Program-made: the position numbers and the translations under genes
In this document: piece after piece, positions 1 to 9,954 of the stretch
Numbering within the stretch: the first letter of the stretch is position 1
Layout of the letters: every line of letters begins with the position of its first letter
Assembly: GCA_041661795.1 (NCBI GenBank)
Contig: JBAZTS010000005.1
Span: 768 to 64,767 of the forward strand
Reading direction: 5' to 3'
DNA: 64,000 nt
From: Minisyncoccota bacterium
GTDB lineage: Bacteria > Patescibacteriota > Minisyncoccia > UBA6257 > JAGOQP01
The notes under the pieces: model-generated
The model's input: the letters and a program-made list of their open reading frames with translations, nothing else
What the model was told of the DNA's origin: nothing
The model's database searches: none

Positions 1-1480
1 GGGAGCTGGAACACCCGCTTTGGTTGTTTCCGGTTCAACTGATGCCAATGGAATCGTTAGATTCTCTAACGGTGCCGGATTGTTCAACGTTGTTCCAGGA
101 ACATCTGTCTATATAACTCTTAAAGGTGATATAGCTTCGGATGGATCCGGAACTTCCGGAGCCGACTCTGGAGACAATTTGAGATTGGCCTTGTACATGG
201 CTGATGACAACGCTGTTCAGGACTTTAGAGCTGTTGGTGTAAGTTCATCTACTGCTCTTCAGGAAGCTGACGCAGCTACCAACAACACAGCTCCAGTTAT
301 CGCTAACTTAACGTATGCCGATAACGTTGCTAACGTTGACGGAGACCTTGACACGACATTTATCGCCGGAAGCGATACTATTGTCAGAAAGTCAAAGCCA
401 ACTGTTGTCTCTACAGCCACAGCTGGAAGCTTGAGCAATGGTGATGACACCTTGCTTGAGTACACAATTTCAGCTACTGGTTCTGATGACGTAGCTCTAA
501 AGAGATTCCTCTTCAACTACTCTGAGACAGGAACATTCACATCTTCTGACTTCAAATTCTTTGAAGGAGGAACTGATATTACTTCTCAGGTAGCTATGAG
601 AGCTGTTGGTGACTTTGATGCCAACGGAGCTTTGGATCTGGAACAAGACATTGATTCAACCGCCGGTGACATTGGTGTTACCGATGGAGGATCAGCTATT
701 GTTTCCGTTACATTTACCAATGAGAAAACAATCTCATCTGGTTCATCCAAGACATTCTCTTTGAGATCATCTGTTGCCGGAGCCGGAACTGGAGAATCTA
801 TAACCGTTTCAATGAGAAACGACACGGTTAACGGAGGAACCACAACCGCTTTGGGACAGTACAGAGACATTGATGTCTACCTAAACACAACTGTAGCTTC
901 TGACTTCATCGCTGGTGGAGCCGAAGTTCTTAGTGTGTTCTGGGACTTGGACGGAGATGCCGTCTTAGATGCTACTGACCCATCAATCGTTGAAGCTGGA
1001 TTTACCGATGGTGCTAACCATGCAACCGCCGGTGAAGCTGTAAGCACATTCAACGTAAGATTAACTGGAGCTTGCGCCCTTCTTACAGAAGGAGGTGGAG
1101 CTGACACATTCACATTTGATGCTGATTGTGACGGAGCCATTGATGCAACGGAAATTACCATTGCAACTGGTGCTAGCGGTCTTACTAACGAGGCCTACAC
1201 GACCATCAACGACTTGAGACCTTACGCTTGGAGAACTGCAGCGGACACAGTGTTATATCTTGATATCAACGGCAGTGCTGCCGATGATGCCACAGAGCCA
1301 ACATTTGTTGTTCTTACAGGACACACAGCTACCGTTTCAGCTGGTGTTGTTTCCAATTTTGTTTGGTCTGATTCTTCAGCCGACATTCACGCTGAGAACA
1401 CTGCTGATTGGGCTAACGGATTTTACGTTAACGCTTCAGCTAGTTCGCTTTCTAACGTGAAGAAGACCTTGTCTTTGTAA
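1..1480 (+). CDS. Large Thr/Ser/Gly/Asp-rich surface (S-layer/adhesin-like) protein, 5'-partial. The reading frame stays open to base 2, so the gene begins upstream of the window.
   Basis: Open frame from the window edge to TAA at 1478-1480. Low-complexity T/S/G/D/A-rich composition with motifs shared with the 1717..4419 protein (TDANG, DGSG...GDN). A rho-independent terminator follows. Confidence 0.6.
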   Translation, partial: GAGTPALVVSGSTDANGIVRFSNGAGLFNVVPGTSVYITLKGDIASDGSGTSGADSGDNLRLALYMADDNAVQDFRAVGVSSSTALQEADAATNNTAPVIANLTYADNVANVDGDLDTTFIAGSDTIVRKSKPTVVSTATAGSLSNGDDTLLEYTISATGSDDVALKRFLFNYSETGTFTSSDFKFFEGGTDITSQVAMRAVGDFDANGALDLEQDIDSTAGDIGVTDGGSAIVSVTFTNEKTISSGSSKTFSLRSSVAGAGTGESITVSMRNDTVNGGTTTALGQYRDIDVYLNTTVASDFIAGGAEVLSVFWDLDGDAVLDATDPSIVEAGFTDGANHATAGEAVSTFNVRLTGACALLTEGGGADTFTFDADCDGAIDATEITIATGASGLTNEAYTTINDLRPYAWRTAADTVLYLDINGSAADDATEPTFVVLTGHTATVSAGVVSNFVWSDSSADIHAENTADWANGFYVNASASSLSNVKKTLSL

Positions 1481-1504
1481 ACTTGTTTACAGGACAGGCA
1501 AAAC

Positions 1505-1536
1505 AAAAACTCCCGTAAAAGGGAGTTTTTGTTTTT
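1505..1536 (+). terminator. Rho-independent terminator
   Basis: aaaaactccc-gtaaaa-gggagttttt hairpin followed by a T-run, directly after the stop at 1480. Confidence 0.7.
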
Positions 1537-1716
1537 ATAGGTTTATTTTAGTTATCCACATCTTTCTTAACTTATTTTGTTTTTTGATATATAATATATT
1601 AGTAAAAAATAGTTTTTAATCGCTATAAGGTCGATGCCTCTTTGGCTATGTTCACAGCGAATTTGAATTTGTCGGTATAAAATAAAAAATAATAAAATTA
1701 ATTAAAAAAAATAAAC

Positions 1717-4419
1717 ATGAATAAATTTGTGAAATTTTCAGTGATTGGATTTATGATTCTCTCCACTGTTATGTGGTCAGCCGGTTCGGCTTTAGCTGTA
1801 TCTGTTGCCGCCGATTATACCAAAAGTGATGTTGCCACTAATACGATTGGCAGAGGAGATACCAATCAATTGGTGTTTAACGTTCTTTTAAACAACGATG
1901 TTCTTATTACTAATGGAGGTGGCGCTTCTGCTGCTGGAAATGCATTGGCAACTTTACAAGGAGCCACTGATCCCGTTTTTGTTGACGGAACTTCAAATGA
2001 CAATACTTATACTAACGGTGAAGCAGTTATCTACAGCGTTGACTTAACATTGGATGCCGGAGTATTGAGCGGAGCCGGAACCGATGATGTTTTAATCGCC
2101 GGTCCGTCTGACATCAAACCTTTTCCGGGGACTATTTATGGTCTTGATGCCGCTGCCGGTACGGACGGTGCTTACGATGCTGGAGAAGTTCTTATTTCTT
2201 CCGCTGATACAAATTTGACTAACGGTGATACGGTTGTTACCGCCGGTACGGCTGATGTGACAAATTTTATTGCCGCTGATGGTGTGCTGTTTGATGATGG
2301 TGCTGAATGGGACACAGGAGTGGATGATATATTTATTGATTCTGATAATGACGATGTTTATACAACCGCAGCCGATGCATTGATTGATAATAATGCCGAT
2401 GCGCCAGCTGCTGGAGCGACAACATTTGATGTTGTGGCCGGTGATCAACTTTGTTCCGATAATGTCGTTGGAACTTTAGCGACCGCTGTCTGGACTTATA
2501 CAGGTACTGGAGCAGATGTTACCGCCTGTACAGCTGATGATGTAGTGGGAGTTCAGTATCTGGGGGCTGGAGCAGCCGCCGGTGGAACTTTGATAGTAAC
2601 CGGAATGAACTGGGCAAGCTCCGATAACGTTTTGGATGGAACAACTGATTTGTACGAAGAAAATGTTGCCGAGCAGTTAACTTACTCTGCCGCTGCTGAT
2701 GTTGTTCTTTATAATGGATCAGGAACTTTGACTTTAGGAGATGCCGGTTCAGAAATGGGTGTTGCTGATGCCGAAGCTATATATTTGGATTCTGATCATG
2801 GTGGTACCTACACCAATGGTGAACCAATAATTGATTTAGGAAATGGAAACACATTGGCTGATGATGGTAACTTGCCATTGACAGCAATATTTCTTGCTAA
2901 AGCCACAGGTAACTGGACGGTTGATTGGACAGCTATGAATGCTGCGGCCAATGCCGATATTGGATACGCTGACGCTAACCACGGTTCAACATTTACAACT
3001 GGAGAGGCGGTTATTATGGAAGCTGCCGCGGCTGCGACAGATACCATACTTGAAACAACCGATGTGGTGACTTCAACTGGTTCTGCGGAACTTACTCAAT
3101 TTCCCGTGGGTTTTAGATATGTAGATGTTGGAGGGGCTAACTATGATGCCGCTGATGACATTTATTTTGAGAACGACAACTCTGGAGATGGAGATAACGT
3201 TGTAGATAAACTTCAACTAAACTCTATTACGGTTCAAAATGCCGGAACAGCTGTTTTCAACGATATTGCCGCTGTTCATGTCTGGTGGGACGCTGACAGC
3301 AATGCAATATTAAACCCTGCCTTGGACACCGATTTAGGCGCAATGACAGCCGATGCTAATGGATGGGCGCTAACAGGACTTACTCAAGCTCTTTCGACTG
3401 TCAACTCAAGATTGTTTGTCTCGGTAAATATTTATTCAGGAGCCGATGACAACAGAACAATTCAGATGAGAATTCCATTAAGAGTTGATACTAATGCCAA
3501 TGGAACTTATGACGCAGGTGATGAAGGTATATTTGTTGATGCCGCTTCAACTGTTGGTGACGGACCAAGCGATGTCCTTATACTTAACGCCAACGTTCTT
3601 ACAATTGATGTTCCCTCTTCCACTGGTTCTGGTGGAGACATAACTCCTCCATCTGCTCCTTCTGGAGTCAGTGCGCAAGGAACTGGAATTGCAAATGAAA
3701 TAAAATTGATGTGGACTAATCCAACTGCTTCCGATTTTGCCGGAGTCAGAATATTCAGATCTCAGACATCGGGAAATGCGGTAGCTAATGGAGCTATTGT
3801 AGTGGTTTCCACAACTGGAACTTCTTACACGGATACCAACCTTGCTAATGGTTCTACTTACTACTATGTACTAAGGGCCATGGACAATACTGGTAACTAT
3901 ACAAATTCTTCTGAGGTTAGCGCTGTAGCCGGAAGTCAACCATCAAGCACAACGACTACAACTTCTACTTCTACAACTGCTACTTCAACAGAAGGAACGA
4001 CCACAACAACTACAACAACCACAACGACCACAACTCCTCCTGCTACGCTTCCTTATCCAAACCCAACCACTGTTGAACAGATGCAGGCAAATATTGTGGT
4101 TTTGCTGGCTCAATTATCTTTCTTACAGACCCAGTTAAGCCAAGCTCAGGAAACTGGAACGGAGCTTCCTCCTTTGGCTAAAGTTTATGTCTTTAACACT
4201 AACTTTGGACAAGGAATCAGAAGTGGCACGGTTACAAATCTCCAGACCATTTTGGCTCATGAGGGACTTTATGAGGTTAAATACATAACAGGATATTTTG
4301 GTCCTATTACCAAAGCAGCCGTTATAAAATTCCAAGCCAAATACGGAATTTCTCCTCAGAGCGGATATGTTGGACCTTTGACTAGAGCTCAACTTAGTAA
4401 GCTCTACGGAGGTAATTAA
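1717..4419 (+). CDS. Secreted cell-surface protein: signal peptide, T/D/G/A-rich repeat region, FN3-like module, poly-Thr linker and a C-terminal peptidoglycan-binding (PG_binding_1-like) domain
   Basis: N-terminal MNKFVKFSVIGFMILSTVMWSAGSALA signal-like sequence. FN3-like segment PPSAPSGV...LMWTNP...YYYVLRAMDNTGN. T-rich linker TTTTSTSTTATSTEGTTTTTTTTTTTTTPP. C-terminal ...TNLQTILAHEGLYEVKYITGYFGPITKAAVIKFQAKYGISPQSGYVGPLTRAQL matches the PG-binding fold. No SD, as is common in this genome. Confidence 0.75.
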   Translation: MNKFVKFSVIGFMILSTVMWSAGSALAVSVAADYTKSDVATNTIGRGDTNQLVFNVLLNNDVLITNGGGASAAGNALATLQGATDPVFVDGTSNDNTYTNGEAVIYSVDLTLDAGVLSGAGTDDVLIAGPSDIKPFPGTIYGLDAAAGTDGAYDAGEVLISSADTNLTNGDTVVTAGTADVTNFIAADGVLFDDGAEWDTGVDDIFIDSDNDDVYTTAADALIDNNADAPAAGATTFDVVAGDQLCSDNVVGTLATAVWTYTGTGADVTACTADDVVGVQYLGAGAAAGGTLIVTGMNWASSDNVLDGTTDLYEENVAEQLTYSAAADVVLYNGSGTLTLGDAGSEMGVADAEAIYLDSDHGGTYTNGEPIIDLGNGNTLADDGNLPLTAIFLAKATGNWTVDWTAMNAAANADIGYADANHGSTFTTGEAVIMEAAAAATDTILETTDVVTSTGSAELTQFPVGFRYVDVGGANYDAADDIYFENDNSGDGDNVVDKLQLNSITVQNAGTAVFNDIAAVHVWWDADSNAILNPALDTDLGAMTADANGWALTGLTQALSTVNSRLFVSVNIYSGADDNRTIQMRIPLRVDTNANGTYDAGDEGIFVDAASTVGDGPSDVLILNANVLTIDVPSSTGSGGDITPPSAPSGVSAQGTGIANEIKLMWTNPTASDFAGVRIFRSQTSGNAVANGAIVVVSTTGTSYTDTNLANGSTYYYVLRAMDNTGNYTNSSEVSAVAGSQPSSTTTTTSTSTTATSTEGTTTTTTTTTTTTTPPATLPYPNPTTVEQMQANIVVLLAQLSFLQTQLSQAQETGTELPPLAKVYVFNTNFGQGIRSGTVTNLQTILAHEGLYEVKYITGYFGPITKAAVIKFQAKYGISPQSGYVGPLTRAQLSKLYGGN

Positions 4420-4444
4420 ATTTTGTTGTGAAACAAAAATCAAA

Positions 4445-4470
4445 AGGAGACCACAAGGTCTCTTTTTGGT
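4445..4470 (+). terminator. Rho-independent terminator
   Basis: ggagacc-acaa-ggtctc stem followed by tttttggttt after the stop at 4419. Confidence 0.65.
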
Positions 4471-4509
4471 TTAAGGATAAATGCTGATATAATATAAGTA
4501 ATAAGTGAT

Positions 4510-6678
4510 ATGAAAATTTCTATAAAAATACTACTTTTGTCTTTAGGTTTTTTAACGCCTTTAATTGTTGATTCCTCTGTTTTTTTCCCTTACATTACCG
4601 GAAAATCAATGTTTATCCGCGGGATTGTTTCTTTGGCTTGGTTGGTGTTTTTTGTGGGACTAGCGGTATTCCCCAATTTTAGAAAAGAAATTCTAACCAG
4701 ATTAAAAAAGGTTTGGAAAAATCCCGTTTTTATTTCCGTCTTATTTTTTTGGGGAACAATACTTTTAAGCACTATTTTTTCTGTGAATAGATTCAGAGCT
4801 TTTTTGGGAGACACAGAAAGAGGGGAGGGTTTTATCGGGCTGACATTTTTTATATCTTTTTTTATTATCTCGCTTCTTGTTTTTGAAAAAAAGGACTGGG
4901 TTAACTTTTTCCGATTGAGTATTTTTACCGGGTTAATTCTTTTTGTTGGCTCGCTTATGGAACTTTTTAGAGGTGTTTCAAGACCAGCTTCTTTTACCGG
5001 AAATCCGATATATCTGGCGGCTTTTTTTCTTTTTGTAATATGCTCGGCTTTGGTTGTTATTTGGGATAGTTGGCAACAGAGAAAAAAGTTTTGGTTCTAT
5101 ACTTCACTGGCTGCTATTATTTTTTCTATATTTGGGATTTTTATCACACAGACCAGAGGAGTAATAATTGGACTTTTCGCTGGGGTTATTATGGCTTTAT
5201 TGTGGCTGGTTTTTTCTGCCAAAGAGATAAAAATATTCAACAAAGTGTCTTTGAAAAAACTATCTATTTGGACTCTTGTGGTTATGGGGCTTTTTTCTTC
5301 AATTTTTTATCTGACAAAAGATGGTTCTTTTTGGCAGAAAATTCCGGGATTTGATCGCTTATCGCAGCTTTCTTTGAAAGACCCAACTTTTCAAACGCGG
5401 TTGATATCTTTGGGAGTCAGTTTAAAAGCCATAAATCCGGTAACCAATGGATTTGAAAGATTGTTAATCGGATGGGGCCCAGAAAACTTTTCTTTTGCTT
5501 ATAACAAATACTATAACCCCGACTACTACCAATATGAGAATAGCTGGTTTGACAGAGCTCATAACAAGTTAATGGATGTTTTGGTAATGCACGGAATTTT
5601 GGGTTTATTGGCTTATCTTGTAATTTGGATTGGGGCCTTTTGGTCAATCTTAAAGTCAAAAAAGTTTAATATTGCCTCTTTTGGATTGATATTTTTTGGA
5701 GTTTCTTATTTTGTCCAGAATCTCTTTGTCTTTGATTCTGTCGCAACGTATATTCCCTTCTTTGCTTTTATGAGCTTTACTGTTTTCTGGAAAAGTCAGG
5801 AAGATTCAGAAGAGATTTCCAGCCCAACTAATCATTCTAAAAAAGATAATATTGTTGTTTTATCAATTTTTGGATTAACTTCTTTAGCGCTCTTAGTTCT
5901 TTTCTATTTTTATTCTCTAATTTCCTATGTCCAGATGAGAAATTATATATCTCTGATAAAAAGTGGAGACGGACCGACTATTTTAGAGAATATTGATAAA
6001 GTTATGTCGCCATATTCTTTTTCACAGGAAAACATCAGGACCCATTTTGCCGCCTTGGTGATTAATTATTTTGGTCAGGGTGGGTCTTCTGATGGGCTCA
6101 TACGAAAAGCCGTTTATTATTTTGAAGAGTTGTGGAAAAAAGAGCCGTATAGCCCAAGATATGCCCTACAGCTTGGTGAAATTTATACCAACATAGGTGT
6201 GGCTTCTAAAAATCCAGATTTGATTAAAAAAGGAGAGGACTATCTGAGAGCTTCTTTAGCGCTGGCTCCTTTAAGGCAGGATGTGAGGCATGTTCTTTCT
6301 AATAATCTTTCTCTGCAGGGGAGATATCAGGAAGCTATAGATTTAGCCAATAAAACGATTGATTTAAATAAAAACATCGGAGATTCTTATTTCCACCTGG
6401 CAATAGTTTTCTTAGAAATGGGAGAAGAAACTTATAATCAGGCATTGGAAAATTTAGAAAAGGCTTTTTCCAGTTTGGGTTTCTGGCAAAAGAATGATGA
6501 TTTTTTGTCAAACGCTTATGAAAAACTTTTTGATTATTTTTACAAAAAAAGAGACACTAAAAACTTTGTTGTAGTTGCGACCAGATTAATTCAAATTGAG
6601 CCCGAAAGAGAAGAGCTTTTAAAAAGTATTATTGTTTTGGCGCTCAACGGTCAATGGGATAAGATAAATCTAAAATAA
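4510..6678 (+). CDS. Polytopic membrane protein of the O-antigen ligase/polymerase (Wzy_C) type with a C-terminal TPR-repeat domain. Candidate O-oligosaccharyltransferase or ligase.
   Basis: About 12 predicted TM helices with a large loop typical of Wzy_C/WaaL-like proteins. The C-terminal ~250 aa has TPR-like repeats (YALQLGEIY..., HLAIVFLEMGEE...). Confidence 0.6.
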   Translation: MKISIKILLLSLGFLTPLIVDSSVFFPYITGKSMFIRGIVSLAWLVFFVGLAVFPNFRKEILTRLKKVWKNPVFISVLFFWGTILLSTIFSVNRFRAFLGDTERGEGFIGLTFFISFFIISLLVFEKKDWVNFFRLSIFTGLILFVGSLMELFRGVSRPASFTGNPIYLAAFFLFVICSALVVIWDSWQQRKKFWFYTSLAAIIFSIFGIFITQTRGVIIGLFAGVIMALLWLVFSAKEIKIFNKVSLKKLSIWTLVVMGLFSSIFYLTKDGSFWQKIPGFDRLSQLSLKDPTFQTRLISLGVSLKAINPVTNGFERLLIGWGPENFSFAYNKYYNPDYYQYENSWFDRAHNKLMDVLVMHGILGLLAYLVIWIGAFWSILKSKKFNIASFGLIFFGVSYFVQNLFVFDSVATYIPFFAFMSFTVFWKSQEDSEEISSPTNHSKKDNIVVLSIFGLTSLALLVLFYFYSLISYVQMRNYISLIKSGDGPTILENIDKVMSPYSFSQENIRTHFAALVINYFGQGGSSDGLIRKAVYYFEELWKKEPYSPRYALQLGEIYTNIGVASKNPDLIKKGEDYLRASLALAPLRQDVRHVLSNNLSLQGRYQEAIDLANKTIDLNKNIGDSYFHLAIVFLEMGEETYNQALENLEKAFSSLGFWQKNDDFLSNAYEKLFDYFYKKRDTKNFVVVATRLIQIEPEREELLKSIIVLALNGQWDKINLK

Positions 6679-7353
6679 ATGTTTTTGAAAAATATTAAAT
6701 ATATTTTTGCCTCAACGTTGCGAAGAAAAATATTGGATAAATTATTATCCGATAATGTTGGTTATTTTAAATCTGACTCGGTGGTTTTGGATATTGGTGG
6801 AAGAGATAGGGGGAAATTTATAAAACCAAAAAACAATGTAAAAAAATGGATTTTTGCTGATATTGACCCTTCTTACAATCCTGACGTTGTTTTAGATGTT
6901 TCTGATATGAAGCCGATTAAAAGCAATTCTATTGATGTGATTTTAGCAACGGAGCTTTTTGAACACGTGGCGGAACCCCAAAAAGGGATAAAGGAATGTT
7001 TTAGAGTTTTAAAAAAAGGAGGAATTTTTATAATATCAGCACCCTTTTTATACAGAATCCATGCCGACCCCGATGACTTTCAAAGATGGACGGATAAAAA
7101 ATGGATTTATGAACTGGAAACTATCGGTTTTAAATTGGAAAAAATTGAAGTGATGGGAAGGTTTTTTTCTGTGATGTCAGATAATTTCAGATTTTTTATC
7201 CAATCATTACCAAGATTGATAAAATACATACTTTATCCATTGGTTTTGATGTCGGATTTTATCTCTCTTTTGGATAGAACCAAACTGATTTTGAACAGTA
7301 AAATTCTTGATAGTTTTCATGGGGGGTATTTTATAGTTGCCACAAAGTCCTAA
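6679..7353 (+). CDS. Class I SAM-dependent methyltransferase
   Basis: Motif I VLDIGGRDRG and the post-I region ILATELFEHVAEP...LKKGGIFIISAP (Methyltransf_11-like). Start abuts the previous stop. Confidence 0.7.
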   Translation: MFLKNIKYIFASTLRRKILDKLLSDNVGYFKSDSVVLDIGGRDRGKFIKPKNNVKKWIFADIDPSYNPDVVLDVSDMKPIKSNSIDVILATELFEHVAEPQKGIKECFRVLKKGGIFIISAPFLYRIHADPDDFQRWTDKKWIYELETIGFKLEKIEVMGRFFSVMSDNFRFFIQSLPRLIKYILYPLVLMSDFISLLDRTKLILNSKILDSFHGGYFIVATKS

Positions 7354-7365
7354 TTTATTGAGTTT

Positions 7366-8163
7366 ATGGAAAAGAAAATAGATATTGGCATAGTTAATTT
7401 TAACTCATCAGATTTTATTGAAGTCAATCTTTTGGCTTTATCTAAACTGACAAAAAATGATTTTAGAGTTTTTATTTGTGACAATGGATCTTCAAAAAAC
7501 GATATAAAAAGATTGAAAAAGATTTCCAGTCAGTACAATAACGTCAGTTTGTTTTATAAAAAACAGGAAATAAATGGTTCTATTGGTCATGCTCAGGCAT
7601 TAAATTTCCTTTTAACAAAAATAGAAGCGCCTTACGGGTGTATCTTTGATGCTGATTGTGTTTTTCTGAAAAATGACTGGGATCAGATACTTATTAACCA
7701 AATTAACGACAAAATAAAAATTATTGGGACTCAAGCCCCGGAGCCAAAACCTCAGGATTTTCCTATTATGTTTGGAGTTTTATTTAAAACCAAAACTTTC
7801 AAAGATTTAAACATTAATTTTTTGCCCGACAAAAATGTTTCTAACGATGCCACCAAAGATACCGGTTGGGAAATGAGAGAAAAGTTTTTGAAAGCCGGGT
7901 ATTTAGGAAAAGTTATTGATATGAAAAGTACCAGATATTATAAAAATGGTCCTTTTACTAAAATAAGTGCCTGTGCCGAATATTATCTCAATGAAGATAA
8001 TCAAATATTTGCTTCTCATTTTGGCAGGGGCTCAAATCCTTTTGGAAAAAGATATTCTACTGTAAATATTCCTATCTTTAGCCAACTAATCAATTATTTT
8101 AGATGGAAGAAAGATAAACAAAATTGGATAAAAACAGCTTTGAGTATAATTTTTAAACAATAA
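7366..8163 (+). CDS. Glycosyltransferase family 2
   Basis: IGIVNFNSSDF...FICDNGSSKND and DxD-like FDADCVF, typical of the GT-A fold. Confidence 0.65.
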   Translation: MEKKIDIGIVNFNSSDFIEVNLLALSKLTKNDFRVFICDNGSSKNDIKRLKKISSQYNNVSLFYKKQEINGSIGHAQALNFLLTKIEAPYGCIFDADCVFLKNDWDQILINQINDKIKIIGTQAPEPKPQDFPIMFGVLFKTKTFKDLNINFLPDKNVSNDATKDTGWEMREKFLKAGYLGKVIDMKSTRYYKNGPFTKISACAEYYLNEDNQIFASHFGRGSNPFGKRYSTVNIPIFSQLINYFRWKKDKQNWIKTALSIIFKQ

Positions 8164-8166
8164 AAT

Positions 8167-9180
8167 ATGGACAACAATAGTTTTGATAAAATTGAATTTG
8201 AAACCGTTGACTGTCCCTTTTGTCGAGACGAGCAAGAGTTAAAAAATCTTTTTAGCGCCCCTGATAGATTAAACAATTTACCGGGAGAATTTTATGTGGT
8301 CAAATGTCAAAGATGCGGGTTGGTTTTTCAAAACCCAAGACCCAAAGAAAAATGGATTGAGTTATATTATCCTGACAATGCCGGATATTTTGTTCCTAGC
8401 GATGTTAGAATGGGAAAACTAAAGAAGAGAATAGATGAATTAATTCTTATCAATTTTTTTGGGTATAAAAATCTGGGAAGTAAAAATCTTGCCATAAAAA
8501 TATTACTTTTTCTTGTTTTTGTTTATTTTTACAGGTCAAAATCTATTCCCAGGTATGTTGAAAATGGGAAACTTTTAGAAATTGGTTGTTCCCATGGAGC
8601 TAAACTGGAATACTTAAAGGAGTTGGGATGGGAGGTTAAAGGTATAGAATTTAATAAAAAAGCGGCGCAATATGCCAAAGAAAAAAGAGGGCTTAATGTT
8701 TTAGCGGGATCTTTTTTTGAAGTTGATTTATCACAGGGACATTTTGATGTGGTTATTATGGATATGGTTTTGGAGCATCTTTATTGTCCCAAAGAAGCTA
8801 TTAAAAAAGTGTTTGAAATTTTAAAGCCGGGAGGGCAGTTAATTTTTTCCATCCCTTATTTCAATGGGCTGGAATACAAATTATTTAAGAATTTTTCCTA
8901 CGGACTTCAACTCCCGGCTCATATCTTTTTTCTTAATAAAGAGAATGTTGCTGATTTGCTAAAGGGCATGTTTATAAACACCAAAATCATTTTTCAACAT
9001 TTTGACAGAGATGTAGTTGCTTCGGCTTTCTATAAACATAAGGAAAAAGGGGGATTTTGGCTAAAGATTGTCTCTCAAAACAAAATTGTAAGATGGGTTT
9101 TTATTAAACCATCGGTTTTTATAATGTCACTTTTTGGATTAACAAGCAGAATAACCGTAAAGACAAATAAGATTAGGTAG
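8167..9180 (+). CDS. SAM-dependent methyltransferase with an N-terminal Cys4 zinc-ribbon
   Basis: CPFC...CQRCG zinc ribbon, then LEIGCSHGAKLEYL (motif I) and VIMDMVLEHL...LKPGGQLIFSIP. Confidence 0.65.
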   Translation: MDNNSFDKIEFETVDCPFCRDEQELKNLFSAPDRLNNLPGEFYVVKCQRCGLVFQNPRPKEKWIELYYPDNAGYFVPSDVRMGKLKKRIDELILINFFGYKNLGSKNLAIKILLFLVFVYFYRSKSIPRYVENGKLLEIGCSHGAKLEYLKELGWEVKGIEFNKKAAQYAKEKRGLNVLAGSFFEVDLSQGHFDVVIMDMVLEHLYCPKEAIKKVFEILKPGGQLIFSIPYFNGLEYKLFKNFSYGLQLPAHIFFLNKENVADLLKGMFINTKIIFQHFDRDVVASAFYKHKEKGGFWLKIVSQNKIVRWVFIKPSVFIMSLFGLTSRITVKTNKIR

Positions 9181-9954
9181 TTATTTTTCCGAAATAACCA
9201 TAAATCCTATGCTGGCATTAGGGTTATTTTCTACTTTTTTATGTTTCCACCGCCAAAGTTTCTTATAGAGAGACAGGTTTATTCCTCCTACAAGGTCAAT
9301 AAGTCCGGTTAAAGGGAAATCGTAAACTATTGGATTTATTTCTTTTATCTTAAATCCTGTTTTTTGGTGTTCCTTTATTATTTCTTCTTTTGAGTATTCT
9401 ATTTTATGGTCGGAATCGGAATAAAAATTAACTCTTGCTGATTTTTGAAATTCTTTCCAGGGCGTTTGACTGTTGGGGATAGCCAGCACCATTGCTCCTT
9501 TTGGTTTTAAAACCCTAAAACACTCCTTCATTATTTGCGCACGGTTGTTTAGGTGCTCTAGAACATCTAAGAAAAGTATCTTATCAAATTGGTTGTCTAA
9601 AAAAGGCAAAGAATTTTCTGCTGACAGACATGAAAAATCTATATTTCCAAAGCTGTATTTTTCCTGCCACTCTTTGGCTTGATTGATCGCCTTTCCCTCA
9701 TAATCAAAGGCGATTATCTTTTTAACCAAAGGAGATAGCTTAAAATCTCTTTGCCCGTTGTCGCATCCGATATCCAAAACCTCATCTTCTTTATTAAAGT
9801 ATTTTAACCACTCTGGATAGTCGTCTATTAAATGCTTTGGGTGTATGTATTGAGACGATTTTCCCGTCCACTTAACCAAGCGGATTGAAATCCCCGAACC
9901 AAGCCAGTTAATTAGCTTTATTGTCTTTATTAGGATTTTTTTAAGAAGTTTCAT
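9181..9954 (-). CDS. Class I SAM-dependent methyltransferase
   Basis: VLDIGCDNGQ motif I, ILFLDVLEHL, LKPKGAMVLAIPN. Confidence 0.7.
   Translation of the reverse strand: MKLLKKILIKTIKLINWLGSGISIRLVKWTGKSSQYIHPKHLIDDYPEWLKYFNKEDEVLDIGCDNGQRDFKLSPLVKKIIAFDYEGKAINQAKEWQEKYSFGNIDFSCLSAENSLPFLDNQFDKILFLDVLEHLNNRAQIMKECFRVLKPKGAMVLAIPNSQTPWKEFQKSARVNFYSDSDHKIEYSKEEIIKEHQKTGFKIKEINPIVYDFPLTGLIDLVGGINLSLYKKLWRWKHKKVENNPNASIGFMVISEK

Noticed and set aside
259-1161. Three minus-strand ORFs (259..516, 586..870, 877..1161) and the plus-strand 1260..1460 ORF inside the large surface-protein gene
   Set aside because: They lie entirely within the long, compositionally coherent plus-strand CDS. They are low-complexity antisense or alternate-frame artefacts of a repetitive T/S/G/D-rich gene.
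3955-4030. Thr-codon-rich tract (ACA/ACT/ACG/ACC runs) considered as a tandem repeat, contingency locus or CRISPR-like array
   Set aside because: The codons are mixed with no exact unit periodicity or spacer structure. It reads as a poly-Thr interdomain linker, typical of glycosylated surface proteins.
2092-4443. Minus-strand ORFs 2092..2448, 2808..3047 and 4135..4443 inside the 900-aa surface-protein gene
   Set aside because: Same reason: embedded antisense ORFs without SD or family signal.
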